NCBI GenBank assembly: GCA_022813965.1
Contig: JALDZS010000043.1
Location: 62,001-126,000 of the forward strand
Reading direction: 5' to 3'
DNA: 64,000 bases
Origin: Toensbergia leucococca
Taxonomy: Eukaryota
Shown here piece after piece: positions 13,515 to 26,700 of this stretch. Numbering within the stretch: position 1 is the stretch's first letter; the number at the start of each line of letters is the position of its first letter. Below the pieces are notes generated by a model. It made no database searches and had not been told where the DNA came from. It saw only the letters and a list, made by a program, of their open reading frames with translations. The translations under genes were made by a program, and so were the position numbers.

Positions 13515-13973
13515 GTGTGTTGTACGAACGATATGGATGACAATGACTCAGTAACGAAGGACGAAGGACGAGAGACGAAAGAAGAGGGACGAAGGACAAA
13601 GGACACATTCACGACTGAACACAATTTACGGATAAGATACCCACCACCATACCCACCACCATACCCCCCCCATCTACGACCTCGACAACAGCAATCCCCC
13701 CCATTCGCATATTCTTCTCTCCTCGATGTTCCATAGCTTGGCATCTTTTCCATCCTAGTTAGTCTTATTTGACACATCTAACGTAGCGTAGCGTAGCATA
13801 AATAGAATAGCTTCAACTTCGCAATCATGACAAATCTACCTCTCGATGACAGAGTGTGGATAGCTCAACTTAGTTCAAACCGTGCTAAAGCCTTCTCTAT
13901 GACATACGAGTACTCGCGATCAACCTCCCACTCACAGAGTATGAATAGCCAATCCAGCCCAATTCAGCTCAAC

Positions 13974-14580
13974 CTATGCTAAAGCCATCTCCATGACATA
14001 CTCCTGATCAACCTCCCACATCTTCAATACCCTCTCCTCGAATCCCGTCTCTAAATTACTTATTTCCACCACCAGAAATCCCACACGTCGTTTCCCGTTG
14101 TTCTCCGCCCCCCACACACCCATCCAAGCATACAGAAAATACAAGGCCTTTACCATCCTCCCGAAGTAGATATCTGGATTTCTTTCCACCAGGTCTTCCA
14201 CCTCGAGGGCACCCTCGACGTGAAATAAAAAAAGAGGAGTTTTTGGGTATGCTGTTGTGCGTGTATTTATCCAACCTCCACGAAAGAAACGTTAGCTTAA
14301 TTAACCCGAGCGAAAGAAATTCAGCATTCCCTCACATCTCTAGCGTCCTCCATCGTGCTTGTATTTTTTCTAGGTTGCCGTGGGGGTTGGGGTGAGGGAT
14401 GGAGTGGATGCGTCGTGGTAGCGAGGAGGCATAGGCTCTGAAGAAAGTGGGGTTTCGGGAGGGCGACATTGAAGGGGTCCAAAGGTAGTGGGAGAAAATG
14501 TCAGCTGCGCGGTTTTGAGGGTTGGCGTTGCAATTATGGCGAGGTCCTTGGCTCTGAGAATCGGGATCTGTGTCTCTCAT
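13974..14580 (-). CDS. Possible small hypothetical gene or pseudogene
   Basis: Two adjacent protein-like ORF pieces are separated by an intron-like stretch (GTGAGG...GCTAAC), but the acceptor is atypical and a frameshift in a T run is needed. Confidence 0.2.
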
Positions 14581-14755
14581 TTTTTTGCTTATTGATCTTT
14601 TTCTCCAACGCGCTGCTCGCAGTACCAATGAATGCTGAGAGAATTTTTGTAAGCCCAAGAGTGGGTTCGGCCGCCACGACACGATGATCCGGTTCTCTTG
14701 AGTCCGACTTGATGAAGATCTCTCGAGTGGCGATTCTCACGCCAGGCCAATAGTT

Positions 14756-16191
14756 TCAGAAAATCTCCACGACCTGATCATCGTCATCATCGTCTTCTTC
14801 CTCTTCGACCTGGGTGACCATCGTCCCTCTAGATTCTCTCTCCCCTTCATCCCTTGGTCCCCCAGTAGCCCTCATCTCATCTTCCTCCACGCCTCCCATC
14901 AACACTCCCACCAACCTCTCGCACAACTCCCTCACCCCCTCATCCTCGACCTCCAAATGCAATTCCCGAATAACCAAATAAACGCCCCCTTCTTCACACA
15001 TTTTCTTGCCTTCCTCGCTCCTTCCTGCAATCAAAAACAGAGATTCCAGCAACATGCCCATGACCAGCAAATCACTCTCCCTCTGTTTCTCTGGGCCCAA
15101 GTATTGTAATTCATCGGGTAAAGAATCGGTTTCTGTTTCGGTGAAGCTTGGGTCCGGACCACAGAGGGGAAGGAGCAAAGGGAGGAGGACGGAGATTGGG
15201 GGTGAGAGAAGGAGGCTGTGAGTGTCTGGGTGGAGGGCAGTGTTTTTTAGGAGGGAGGAGATGCCGAGGCGGCGGGTATTTGAGGGATGGGTTGTGAAGG
15301 GGGTCAGTTTTGTGATAGGGGGGAGAGGATCGTGGGTTGTGGAATTGAGGAGGTACGAAGGGGCTTGGGAAGACTAGTTGGTAGACCAGAAGTCAGCTGT
15401 ATTGAAGAAGGTCTAGATGTGGGAGGGAGGTTACCTTTGCCAGGTCAGCAAAGAGGTAGGCGAGGTGGTCGAGATGAATGCCGGGAGCGTAATTGGGAGA
15501 AGCGCTGACAACAAAAAGGTCTAAGAGCTGGTCGATTGCGAGGGACGAGGAGAGTGGGAGGCCAGGTGGCGGAGAACGGGTCAGAGTTAGGAGACGGGTT
15601 ATCGAATCGGATTTGGCCATGTTGGCGAGAAGCATGGCTATTTCGTTGGCATTTGGCTCTTTTGGATTCTTTGCAGGAGGCTCAGTAATTTTGATATGTT
15701 TCTATCTCTTCATTTTTAAGTTCTATGATAGGGATTTCACATACCGTTAAGCGGAGGAGGAGAGATTCGAGAAAGGCATCATCCTCAGCAATGTTTTGGA
15801 GGACTTCAGGATCAGGCGAGATGTTGATAAGGATTGCTAGGGCATCTTTGGCTATGGGCTTTGAAGGGAATTAAACAATGTCCTATCCAGAGAGCCGGCT
15901 CACTTACGGCGTAGTCTTTCACCAGTAGTTTCAAGTCTTTTACTGGAGCCAGCTGCGCTGTTTTGAATACGGATGGCTCTTTTTCCGAGTAAGGGAGCAG
16001 GTTCTCAACCGCTGCATGATTTAGTCTTTGATGCAGAGGGGAGGGGACTGTGAGAAAAGTACCAATTTGTCGTATTTGGGTATTGCCATGGTGGAGAAAT
16101 TGGACAAGCTTAGAAGAAAGACACGGATCAGTATTTCCTCTCCTCTGCTGATTTGAAGGAAAACTCAAACATCTTCGAGCTCTGTAGGCAT
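14756..16191 (-). CDS. HGH1: HGH1 (FAM203) eEF2 chaperone homolog, multi-exon
   Basis: MPTELE..LVQFLHHGNTQIRQIAVENLLPYS N-terminus, MLLANMAK, YLFADLAK, LLPLCGP...LPDELQYL...RESD, CERLV and an acidic C-terminus ending VVEIF. Confidence 0.9.
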
Positions 16192-16576
16192 ATCGGACGT
16201 CCGAGATTATATTTACGAGCCCATCCTTTACTCTAAGTTTATGGAATTTAGAGTATTCTATGGTGACGGTGGTGGTGACAAGATTACCTACCTTATTCTC
16301 AGCTCAGCAAAATGACGTACTTAGGTAAATATATATGGTGATACATGATTTGGATGTGAAAAGCAATCCAATGTGTGATGATTGCCTGAGGACATAAGAC
16401 ATAGGAGCTACAAAATTTGGATCTCATATCTAATTGGAACTAAGATCAATTTTCCCCAACTTTGAGAGCTAGTTGCTGCTTTCCTGTGAAATAGCATAAG
16501 AGCCGTCCAAGCCAATCCGCAAGTCAAGTCAACTGGAATAATGATCCATCCCGAAATACTGAACATCTCACTCCTT

Positions 16577-19500
16577 TTAGACATTCTCCGGATCCGTAGT
16601 CGAGCCCTGAGAGATAACACTCTTGTTGCCCCCTTTTCGCCCTTTCTGGAAAAATTCCTGTGACTTCGTTCCTTGCATCCCCAAATTACCTTTTGACCCA
16701 TTCATCCCATTCATCCCATTCTCGCCTTTCTTCTGCACATTCGGTACTTCCCCTTGGCCCAAGGGACCTGTCTTTACCTTCTCATTGTTTCTCGCAGGGC
16801 CACTCTCTTCTCGTCGCAGTGGACCAAAGGCTCTCCATGGCTTGTCCCTGTCGTCGGCTTCTAGAAAGAGATCTGGTACAGCCTTGCCATTTCCTGCTCG
16901 TTGGATAAGATCATACGCTCTTCTGAACTCGTCTCGGATTGCTACGACTCCATCATGTATCACTGTCCTAGCAATGTTGTGGTCAATTTCAAATGGGTCC
17001 TCGATGGCGAGAAGATATCGGTGTTTAATCTCTCTCATTTCTTGACCTGGCCGAGTGGGTTCTATGGCAATGATCTTTGCACCTGTCCATCCTTTTTCAG
17101 CTTTTGAGACTATACCACGTTCCGTACGTAGTGATAACACATCCTGAGTCCAGCAAAAGCCACCGCTAGGGACTGATGCACCCTGGTGAGCGAAGTAGTG
17201 GAAAAACCCCCGAAGGAGGCATCCGAGTGAGTCTTCATTATGCGTGAGAAGACCACGAGCGGCAAGATCAGATATCTCACTTTCAGATCGCCAAAATCGG
17301 ACATCGTATCCGTCAACAGGAGTCTCGTTGAGCGTGGCAGTTTGAGGGTCTTGCCATGCCTTCCGTGTTAGCTGTAAGTTTGGTGCTACTGTTGGCCGAA
17401 CAATGTTGACCAAGTAATGAAGAACCATAAGGACATAACCATACGATGAGAGCGTCCCAAGGTAAGGGCTATTTACTTTCCGACGTTTGGCCCAGGCTTT
17501 GACAAATAGCACCATCAGACGAACCCTGGGGTCGCAGCGTGAGTAGCAGCGAAGAAGAAGGGTGTTATGTAACGCCAATTTGTTCGAAAAATTGATATCG
17601 CACTGTATGCCAACTCCAGTCTTGGGGAAATCAAGCTCATGCGTAGGCTTCTCACGATATTTGTTAAGGATATCTGGTAAGCACTGCAATTGTACGCGGG
17701 TAACAGCAAGTTCGGGTTGCTCTCCATCAGGACCATGCTTGCTGACCGCGTTAATGAATGAAAAGATAATACTCCTTTCATCTTTGGAGTACCAGCCTTC
17801 GCCAATCGCTAAACGATATAGGCGCACAAGTTCAACATCTGAGCGGGGAGGACTACTTGCCTCAATTTTCACATTGTCTCGGGAATGCGAAATTGAAGAT
17901 TTTCTGGGCAGAGTAACAATGTCTTGATTTTCAGACTTGCTATTGTGTGTATTCTCTTCAGGCTGCTGGAAATCATCTTCCATATTGTGGCAGGAATCCT
18001 CGACGTTGCTTCCACGATCAAGAGATAACAGTTGTGAGGACTCTGGAATTACACCGGCATCTTCGGTCTTACTGTTAGTCTGGGTTATCTCGACCTCGAG
18101 CTGACGACTGTTATCTAATGGAGTGCTAAGAGGCGTCATTTCGTTGGTAGAACCCCGGGTAGGGGAAGTTGAAGACTCATTGGGCTCGGCAAGAGTCGTC
18201 CCGGTGGCAATCTTAAGGTCTGGAAATTCGTTTTCAGTCTTGAGGTTATTGTCATTATCTAGAGTGTTCGTCTCGGCATATTCTCTCAAATCATCATGTT
18301 TTCCAATCTCAGTACGACCAGGAAGTAGATTAGCCTGAGGAATGTGCTTCAAATCTTCTGTCTCCTCAGTCTTTCTTTCTTCTGGGGGTGCATCCTTGTG
18401 CATCTCCCATTCCATGCGCTCTCTTCGAAGAGCTTCCAAAAGCGTAGTCGAGGGCTTCTCGCAGAATTTGATGATTGGTACTCTTGTTCTTGTAAGTAAC
18501 CTCGCCCCGTACCCTTGATCCAGAAGTCCCTTCTCTAGTAACCTGGGAATTTCTGAGTCTACGCATGACGTTTCTGGCTTAGACAAGGGTGAGACAATAG
18601 CTAGATCCATGTCAGAAGAGTGCGTTGCAAATCCAGAGCTAAGGCTACCAAAGCACTTCAAGGTGATAGTGTTTGGGTCAAAATCTTTGTCTTTCTCAAC
18701 TTCGTACGCAGTGATCGATGTCCGACAGAGCTGTTCCAGGATGATCCTGAGGTCTTCCTTCTCTTGAAGTTCTTCAGCGCTAATTTCGGCCTGGGGAATC
18801 TGGACTTTTGCAACATCATTGAGATAATTGGCCTGTGCTTGAAGAGATAAAGTCGAAGGCTGAAAATTCATATAGCGTTGCAGAGGCATCACTCGATTCG
18901 TGCCTGGTTCGTATAGCTGACGGTTCTGGGGACGCGGTCTAGGATATTGGCCTTGCTGTGGCAGAATGTTTCGATTAGTCATGTTGTTGGGTCTTTGTAA
19001 CCGAGGATCGGACTGAAGTGGCACAAGTGGTGACTGAGATCCGGTCTGATGTGAAGAGCCGTTCACAAATTTTCTCTGAGGTCCACCTTTAATCGCTTGT
19101 GGGTTAGTCTGTACCGACTGGTGATTAGACTGAGGCTGCTGGGGTCGAGGTACATTAGGAGGACGGGCAGTCCCATGAGAGAATTTGCTGTGAAGTCCCG
19201 CAGCATGAGAGTCTGAAGGTAGATTAATGGCTGTCTGGCTGTCCTTCTGCCTCCGCTGCTTCTGGTTGGTCTTTCTTTGCGAACTCTGCGAATTCGAGTC
19301 TGTAGATTGCGACATCGTCCTCTGTTTGATTGAATTATCTTGTCGAGGAGCCACTCCATCTTGTTCATGAGAAGGTAGTCTATGATAGTCCGTATTCAGA
19401 TTTGCAACAGACTGAGGGGCTGGAATAGAATGTGGTTGAGGATCCAGAAGAGGGTCGGACTGGTGGGGAGGTTTGATCGGCTGAACAGGTCTTTGGGAAG

Positions 19501-19669
19501 CTCCGTTGTTCAGAATTAGTCGACGCAAGTGTCCTTCCAAGTCGGTGGATTCTGGAACTTCCGGTCCTTTTATAGTTGTGACCGGCACCTCTACTTCATC
19601 GAGGGACGGCCAGACTGCGCTGGGCATTGATGTATTTGGCAGGAGAGGTGCAGTATTTGAGTTGGCCAT
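16577..19669 (-). CDS. Cid1-family non-canonical poly(A)/poly(U) polymerase (terminal nucleotidyltransferase)
   Basis: FGSLSSGFATHSSDMDL, RVPIIKF, QCDINF, VKAWAKRR, GTLSSYGY and LAIEDPFEIDHN motifs in a ~1030-aa intronless ORF. Confidence 0.92.
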   Translation of the reverse strand: MANSNTAPLLPNTSMPSAVWPSLDEVEVPVTTIKGPEVPESTDLEGHLRRLILNNGASQRPVQPIKPPHQSDPLLDPQPHSIPAPQSVANLNTDYHRLPSHEQDGVAPRQDNSIKQRTMSQSTDSNSQSSQRKTNQKQRRQKDSQTAINLPSDSHAAGLHSKFSHGTARPPNVPRPQQPQSNHQSVQTNPQAIKGGPQRKFVNGSSHQTGSQSPLVPLQSDPRLQRPNNMTNRNILPQQGQYPRPRPQNRQLYEPGTNRVMPLQRYMNFQPSTLSLQAQANYLNDVAKVQIPQAEISAEELQEKEDLRIILEQLCRTSITAYEVEKDKDFDPNTITLKCFGSLSSGFATHSSDMDLAIVSPLSKPETSCVDSEIPRLLEKGLLDQGYGARLLTRTRVPIIKFCEKPSTTLLEALRRERMEWEMHKDAPPEERKTEETEDLKHIPQANLLPGRTEIGKHDDLREYAETNTLDNDNNLKTENEFPDLKIATGTTLAEPNESSTSPTRGSTNEMTPLSTPLDNSRQLEVEITQTNSKTEDAGVIPESSQLLSLDRGSNVEDSCHNMEDDFQQPEENTHNSKSENQDIVTLPRKSSISHSRDNVKIEASSPPRSDVELVRLYRLAIGEGWYSKDERSIIFSFINAVSKHGPDGEQPELAVTRVQLQCLPDILNKYREKPTHELDFPKTGVGIQCDINFSNKLALHNTLLLRCYSRCDPRVRLMVLFVKAWAKRRKVNSPYLGTLSSYGYVLMVLHYLVNIVRPTVAPNLQLTRKAWQDPQTATLNETPVDGYDVRFWRSESEISDLAARGLLTHNEDSLGCLLRGFFHYFAHQGASVPSGGFCWTQDVLSLRTERGIVSKAEKGWTGAKIIAIEPTRPGQEMREIKHRYLLAIEDPFEIDHNIARTVIHDGVVAIRDEFRRAYDLIQRAGNGKAVPDLFLEADDRDKPWRAFGPLRREESGPARNNEKVKTGPLGQGEVPNVQKKGENGMNGMNGSKGNLGMQGTKSQEFFQKGRKGGNKSVISQGSTTDPENV

Positions 19670-20577
19670 GATGCGGAACAATGCAGTCTAGACAGGATTC
19701 TAGTTGAAGTTGAATTCCTAGAGGCTGGGTAGAACGGGCAGGTGGTGTAGAAGGTGGAAGACGGTATTTCCTTTTGACTTATTTTGCGCCAGATTCACTC
19801 AGACGTCAAAGATCGGCCCGGCATACTTAAGTCAATACCAAAAACTTGTAGCAAGGCTTATTTGCCGTGGACAGCATACTCTATTCTACCGGAAGTATTA
19901 CTTTATGAATGGGAGGCTGCACAAATTGGGAATGTAGGCGAAGCCTCGACGCAGCGGTGAATAGATGCCAAGTTGTCAATAGAAAGATTCACATCAATGT
20001 ACCGAGTACTATTATTGACTTGTTTCTCCGTCGTAGCAGGAGGCAGGTAGATGACAACTCAAGCGATATCGAAGCTTGAATTAATGCCACGAGTGGGGAG
20101 AGTAAGATGAATTAGTCAGGGATGTAAAGATGTTCCCCAACGCCATGTCTCTGATACAATAGTGGTGGCATTGGTTTCAGATGTGATCATCAATCCAAAG
20201 TGTCTCGCCGGTGTGCAGACTTCACGGATTCAGTGATACACCCTCCAGTACTCCGTAGAATACTCCGTAATACGCGAATATTACAGCCTCGGTACTCTGT
20301 ACGGAGTATTCTACTGTATTGTAAGACATGCATTCCTCCCGGTCACCTTGTACCAGTATGAGTAGCACAACGAACAACAACGACTTCCGAAGACATTTAC
20401 TCACTGGACGCCTGAAGCTATCTCGACTTTCAACTTAGCTCGCGTTGAATGAACCGACCACACTTTCGTATCTGTATGCTCTGATACACTTTCTCCGTTA
20501 GAGCCTCTTGCTCATCGGAGCTTTGCCCTACCATCCTCGGCAAATATCCGCGCAAATATCCTCTTCGACTCCCAATT

Positions 20578-23103
20578 ATGAGTGCCTCACCTGCTGGCTT
20601 TACTCCCGGTCGCACTCCTAATGGAGGCCCGCCACAAGTCATGCGCAGACCTAAACAAGCAGACCCTATGGTCCGACCGAAAGATAAGACCAAGAGGAAG
20701 CCGCAACGACCTCCTCCTGCCAATGGAATTAATTTCACACATACTAACGGTCAAAATGCCCCTGGCCAAGGAAAGACCCAAGTCATGCCCCAACACTCCG
20801 GAAGACCCCCACTTGCACCCTCATCGCGAGCTTCCCCCGCTGTGACTAGTGGTCCGGAAAATGGCCGCAGCGGCTTCACTTCTCCCGCCGTCGCACCATA
20901 CACTGACTATCCTCTTGTGACTACGAAGCGGGCTTTGATTGAAGGAATGAGGCATCACGTTGCAAAGTTTGCGAGTAAAAAGAAGATCGACCCCAGAGAT
21001 GAGAATGAATTTACCCGACCCGTCAGATTACATAGACGAGATACTCGTGCTCCACCGGCAGGCGCTGGTGGAGCCAAGGACGAGAGTGGCGTAGGGGGAA
21101 GTGGACTGGAGGATGATAAGGAAAGAGAGAGGCAAGATATACTGAGAGCGGAGAAAGATGCTCAACGGGAGGCAGAGGCGGCCCTGGTTGCACCTTCGAC
21201 CAAATCCGGGGGTCGTAAAAGGAACACATTTCAGAAGAAGACGAAACAGGTTTTTACAAATAATCAAACAGACGAGCAAAAAGCGAGATCTAAACTACGC
21301 TACGAAGAGGCACTGCCATGGCATCTAGAGGACTTTGAGAATAAGAGCACCTGGGTTGGTAGTTACGAAGCCGCTTTGTCGGACACGTATGCAATGCTGG
21401 TTCATGGGCAGGATGGTAAATTTAGGATGGTGCCAGTCGAGAAGTGGTACAAATTCACGCCGAAGAATCATTTCAAACCAATGACCATTGAGGAAGCCGA
21501 GACTCAAATGGGAAAAAAGGTAAAGGAGCCAAGATGGTATGTGGAGTCGCAAAAGGATAAGTTCGACAAGCAAGAGGAGCAAATGAACAGGAGAGCTACG
21601 AAGAAGTTATTTGTGGCAAAATATGAAGGAGGAGCTAATGGTGGAGCGGCAGCTCCAAGTACGAAGAATGAACATGCGGATACTGATGATCTCGACTTTG
21701 ACGAAGATCGATTCGCGGATGACGAGGAGGCCCCGGTCATCGAAGGAGATGACCATGAAACAAAGCAAGCCGAAGATCGGATCAAACGGGACCAGTTGCA
21801 GGCGAATATTTTCGACTTGAAGGAGGAGAAAGAATATGACAAGGCTGAAGTCTTGGAACAGAAGGAAAGGGAAGCGGAAAAGAAACATGGCAAAAAGGTC
21901 AAGAAGGCACTGATAAAGCAAGAGAAAAATTATGTGTATGACTCTGATTCGTCAGATAACCCATATTCAGAAAAGGTACGTTGTCAGATCTAAAACTCTC
22001 TGGGATAGTGCTAATGATCTATGCAGAGTGAGGAAGACGACTCCGAAACTGAACGTCTCAAAGCAGAAGAAGTCAAGAAGGAAGAAGAAAAGAAAACAGC
22101 ATCTGATAAAGAAAAGGTCAAAACGAAACCCTCATCATCCCAGTCCGGTGCATCCTCAAAAGGTACAAACACGCCATCTGGTCGAGCTAGCAAACAAACC
22201 GACCGCACCAAAAAGGGATTGTCATCCTCTGCCAACGCTCTCAAACGTCCTGGTTCGCCTAATCTCTCGGAAATAAGTGGCACAGAATCGACCCGCAAGA
22301 AGCATAAGAAGAGACACGACTCTCCCTCCCAGCCAACTGGCACTTCCACACCCCTTTATCCTCCTTCAAGACCAATGTCTCCTGCTGTCCCACCTATTAC
22401 TTCGGGTTCCGGAACGCGAGTTTCCGAGCCAAACGTCCGAAAATCGTCCGTCGTTCGTCTCTCGGTCGAATCTGGCAAACTCACGGATATCCCTTCTTCC
22501 GCTCCTCGTTCTGACAGGAAGCGACCCCGCGGTGGTGCGGGGGGCTCAGGCTCCGAAAAAGAAGGAGTAGGGTCTGGAGGTGACATGAGTGACGGAAGTC
22601 GGAAAAAGAGAACAAGTCTCAAGCTCAGCATGCCAGCTAGTAAGAATGGATCCCCGCAGGGAAGTAGAGGAGGCAGTCCAGAGGTCAAAGGCGGGGATGT
22701 GGGCATAGGCAAGAAGGCAAGTGGAGATAAAGCGGGTAGTCCAGACGTCACGAGTGGGGACTTGGGCGGAGAAAAGAAGGAAAATGCAAGCAAAGCGGAA
22801 GGTCCAGGTACATATCCCTTTGCCTGATGTGTTTTCTTCGCAATATGCTCTAGAATACAGTAGAGGGCCATATGCTAATCTACCTGTCCTAATTTAGCTG
22901 TCGATGATCCCAGTCTTCCATTCCCAACAGCTGCAGACATCATTGCTGTTATTCCTCCCAAAGGCATCACCGTGGGTCAATTCCTCGCGATTTTTAGGCC
23001 GCAAGTTGTAGGCGAGGAGAGGACAACCAAATTCAGGAATCTTATGAAGCAAAACTCCAAGTATAATAAGGCAACGAGGTTGCTGACGCCGAAGGACGAC
23101 TAG
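20578..23103 (+). CDS. TFG1: Transcription factor IIF alpha subunit (Tfg1/RAP74), 3 exons
   Basis: PVRLHRRD, LRYEEALPWHLEDF, FRMVPVEKWYKF, DEDRFADDEE, YDSDSSDNPY. Exons 20578-21975, 22027-22807, 22898-23103. Confidence 0.9.
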
Positions 23104-23731
23104 GCAGTGATCATTTCGGGTTTTCTCGAGACTGGCGGTTCGGATATCATCAGGGCTAATGCATGCATGTCTACACGGGGGAATGGGAAATGTATATCAG
23201 TAGGAATGGCCTCTCTTGCTTGGTTGCGGGACTGATTGTTTCATGCGGTTTCTGTTCAATGAGGTGCCTTCAATGAAGAGACAGCTCTTTGAAGGGAAGC
23301 TTGAATGGATACGGATCTTATCCAATTTGTAGGTCATTAAGACATTTTCTTCTATGGAAGACGCAATTTCTTGTGGCCAAGCTCACCTTTTACCTGATGT
23401 GCAAATGATAAGGCATTGATGTAATTTGTTTACTTAGGTAAGGTACATAAGGAAACCAAAGTCCCCTTAGGGTTGGCTTTGACAACTACAGGTACCAACT
23501 ACAGGGAGGCACCTTACCCGAGACTTACCTTACCTTATTCTAACCATACCTAAGGTAGCCTGAAGAGGTAACGCGCTGCCCGCCATGAAATCCGCTAGTT
23601 TGATCCACCGAGCCACCATACCTTACTCCGTACGGAGTACGGATACCAGCTTTCAGAAAAAGCTATGATCGTACGAAAATTCTCCCCGTCATTTCCAAGA
23701 ACCGATATGCAGGCTCTAGATATCAATTGCA

Positions 23732-26700
23732 ATGTCGCATTCGGATACAGATGTTCCTCTTGGGGCCATAATTGCCACAACATCGAATGGGCTAAGCTCC
23801 CTCATCGGCAGCGCTTCGAGCACTGCACTCACCCAAGCCTCCGCACTGGCAACAACCCCCGAAGGCACTCCTTCTAACACTTGGCTTGGATTGATTGGCC
23901 GTTCGATTCTGTTCCTGGCTCGAGTCCTACCCGGTATTCTGTACTGGCTGGTCACTTTCACTACTATTACTCTACCAACATGGCTCTTTACTCTCTTCTC
24001 CACGAGCTTGACCTTCACAATGAATTTTACCACTTTGTAAGTGGATTCTTGCTGCAAGAACGTCCTTTTACTGATTCTCCACAGGCTCCTCATCGTCTTA
24101 GCCTTTGCGTCCACCGTATCTTGGATTGTGCGGTACAGATTCCTGAACATGTATGCCCGACTACCTCCAGAGCCCCCTCGAAAGGATCCCCAGATCGATT
24201 TGTTTCCGGATACACAAGACGATTCGAAGCCCGGCTTAGCAAACTATCTAGACGAATTTCTGAGTGCGATAAAGGTCTTTGGTTATTTGGTAAGCTATGA
24301 AAAGTCTCTGGTATCGCGGGCTTATGTTTTCTTGGCAGGAGAGGAGCGTTTTCCACGAACTCACTAGAACGATGCAGACAAAAAAGCTGATTGCGGGGGA
24401 AACATTGCTTTTGGAAGAGGAAAAGGGGTTTTGCTTGGTCGTGGATGGCTTGGTGCAGATCTTCGTAAAGTCTAGCAGAGATACGAACATTCCGGATGGC
24501 AAGGAATGGATGAATGGTGGAGGCCACTCCTATGAAGAGGAGGAAGAACACCAGGATGAAGAGCATCAAGGATACCAGTTGCTGACAGAAGTCAAGAATG
24601 GAGTGCCAATGTCATCTCTATTCTCGATACTCTCTCTATTCACTGAAGATGTTAAGCTACGCCATGACCAAGATGGTGAACCTGGATTGAATTCAAGCTC
24701 TTCAAGTACAGGGTTTGGGCCTCCTCAGACACCGGAATCCGGCCCTGTCAGTCCCATGAAGTTCGATGGCAGTCCCTCACATATGCCCGCATATCACAGT
24801 AACAATTCTTCCACGGGAGGGCTTGGCCTTCAATTGCCTACTGTACCTCCGCTATCTCTTGATCCAACCTCGAAGGATCACCGCCGTCATCAAGCATTGC
24901 GTGAGAACGTCTCAAGTCAGCATAAGCCCAAGAGACGGAAATCTGTACATCCTGATATTGTTGCTCGGGCCACAGTGGATACAACTGTTGCTATCATACC
25001 AGCTACAGCATTTCGTCGCCTCACAAGAGTCTATCCTAAAGCAACAGCACATATAGTTCAAGTAATACTTACTCGACTTCAACGTGTGACTCTCGCTACG
25101 GCGCACTCGTATCTTGGATTAACATCCGAGGTCGTTCGTACAGAGCGGCAAATGAACAAGTATACAACGTATGACCTGCCAGACCATCTCCGAGGTTCTG
25201 CTTTGGAAAGGCTCAAGGACAAATTCAGGCACGAAAAGGAGCGTCTGGATTCTGTGGAAGAAGGAATGAAAGGTATCGCTCTACATAATCCAGGAGCTGG
25301 TCGAAGGCGACGTTCAAGTAGCAACCTTCGAAAAGAAATGCTTGCGCAAGTTAGGCTTTCAGCTACTCGCAATGGCACACAATCGCGTGAAATCAGTGAT
25401 GTTGCGGTTCCAGATCATAGCTCTGGGGTCAGCCCAGGCGACCTTCTCACGAATATCCAAGTATCTCGATTCGGTGCGCGACATGCAGGGCACCCCAGCA
25501 TGAATCCTCAAACATTGTTCAGTCGCCCGTTCTCTCCAAATGAAGGTGGAGATATCGTGACTCCATTGAGTCAAACTGAGCATCCTCCGTTCGTCCCTTC
25601 TCCAGGGCGTAATGGCCTGCAACTACATCGACAGGAATCCATGGATGAAGACGTTATGTACCGTCAATCTATTCTCGATTGCATCATCAAAGCTATAGGA
25701 CTTACCAATATCAAGGATACGATGCAAAAGCCCTCGGAATCCGTGGAGCAGTCACCCCGAATGGTCTCTTACGATGCTCGTCGTCAAAAGGCTACTTTCA
25801 GCAACGCATTTGGATTCATGGATTCCTACGACGGTTCTCACTCTGGCGATTCAGAATCAATTACGTCTATGTCTGGTACTAACACTGGAACACCATTCTT
25901 CGGCACCCATAGCCTTAGTAGTGAGTTACGAGATGACATTGAAGTTGTCTATTTCCCTAAAGGTGCAGTACTCGTTGAGCAAGGGGAGAGAAACCCAGGA
26001 CTTTATTATGTGATCGATGGCTTTTTGGACGTAGGTATTCCTGTGGATGAAAAAGATTACGAGGAAAGCGGTACGGCGGCAATGAATCTACCTACAGAGC
26101 ATGGCTTCGATGCATTACGACCCCAGCGTACACACGCCGGTACCAGTTCTTCACGATCGTCTTCTATAGTCGGTGCATCGAATGGAAGTAGAAAGAGAAA
26201 GCAGTCACGAAAGAGCCTATTCTTGATCAAGCCTGGAGGTATTGCTGGGTACATTGGCACAATCTCATCTTATAGATCCTTCATCGACATTAGAGCGAAA
26301 ACAGACGTCTATGTCGGATTTTTACCGCGAGCATCGCTGGAGCGTCTCATTGAAAAATACCCCGTTGTATTATTGACCATGGCTAAGCGTCTCACTAGTC
26401 TACTTCCACGCCTGATATTGCATATTGATTTCGCCTTGGAATGGGTGCAGGTTGATGCTGGTCAAGTAATTCACCACCAGGGTGATGAAAGTGATGCGAT
26501 TTACATTGTGTTGAATGGACGGCTTCGAGCTATATTGGAGAGGACCGATGGCGACATGAGAGTTGTTGGAGAGTATGGCCAAGGCGAGAGCGTGGGAGAG
26601 CTCGAAGTGATGACCGAGTCTGCACGACCTGCTACATTGCACGCCATTCGTGACACGGAACTGGCCAAATTCCCCAAGAGCCTTTTCAACAGCCTTGCTT

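Noticed and set aside
13853..13885. tRNA-like words (TAGCTCAA, GTTCAAACC)
   Set aside because: The boxes are too close together and no cloverleaf can be built.
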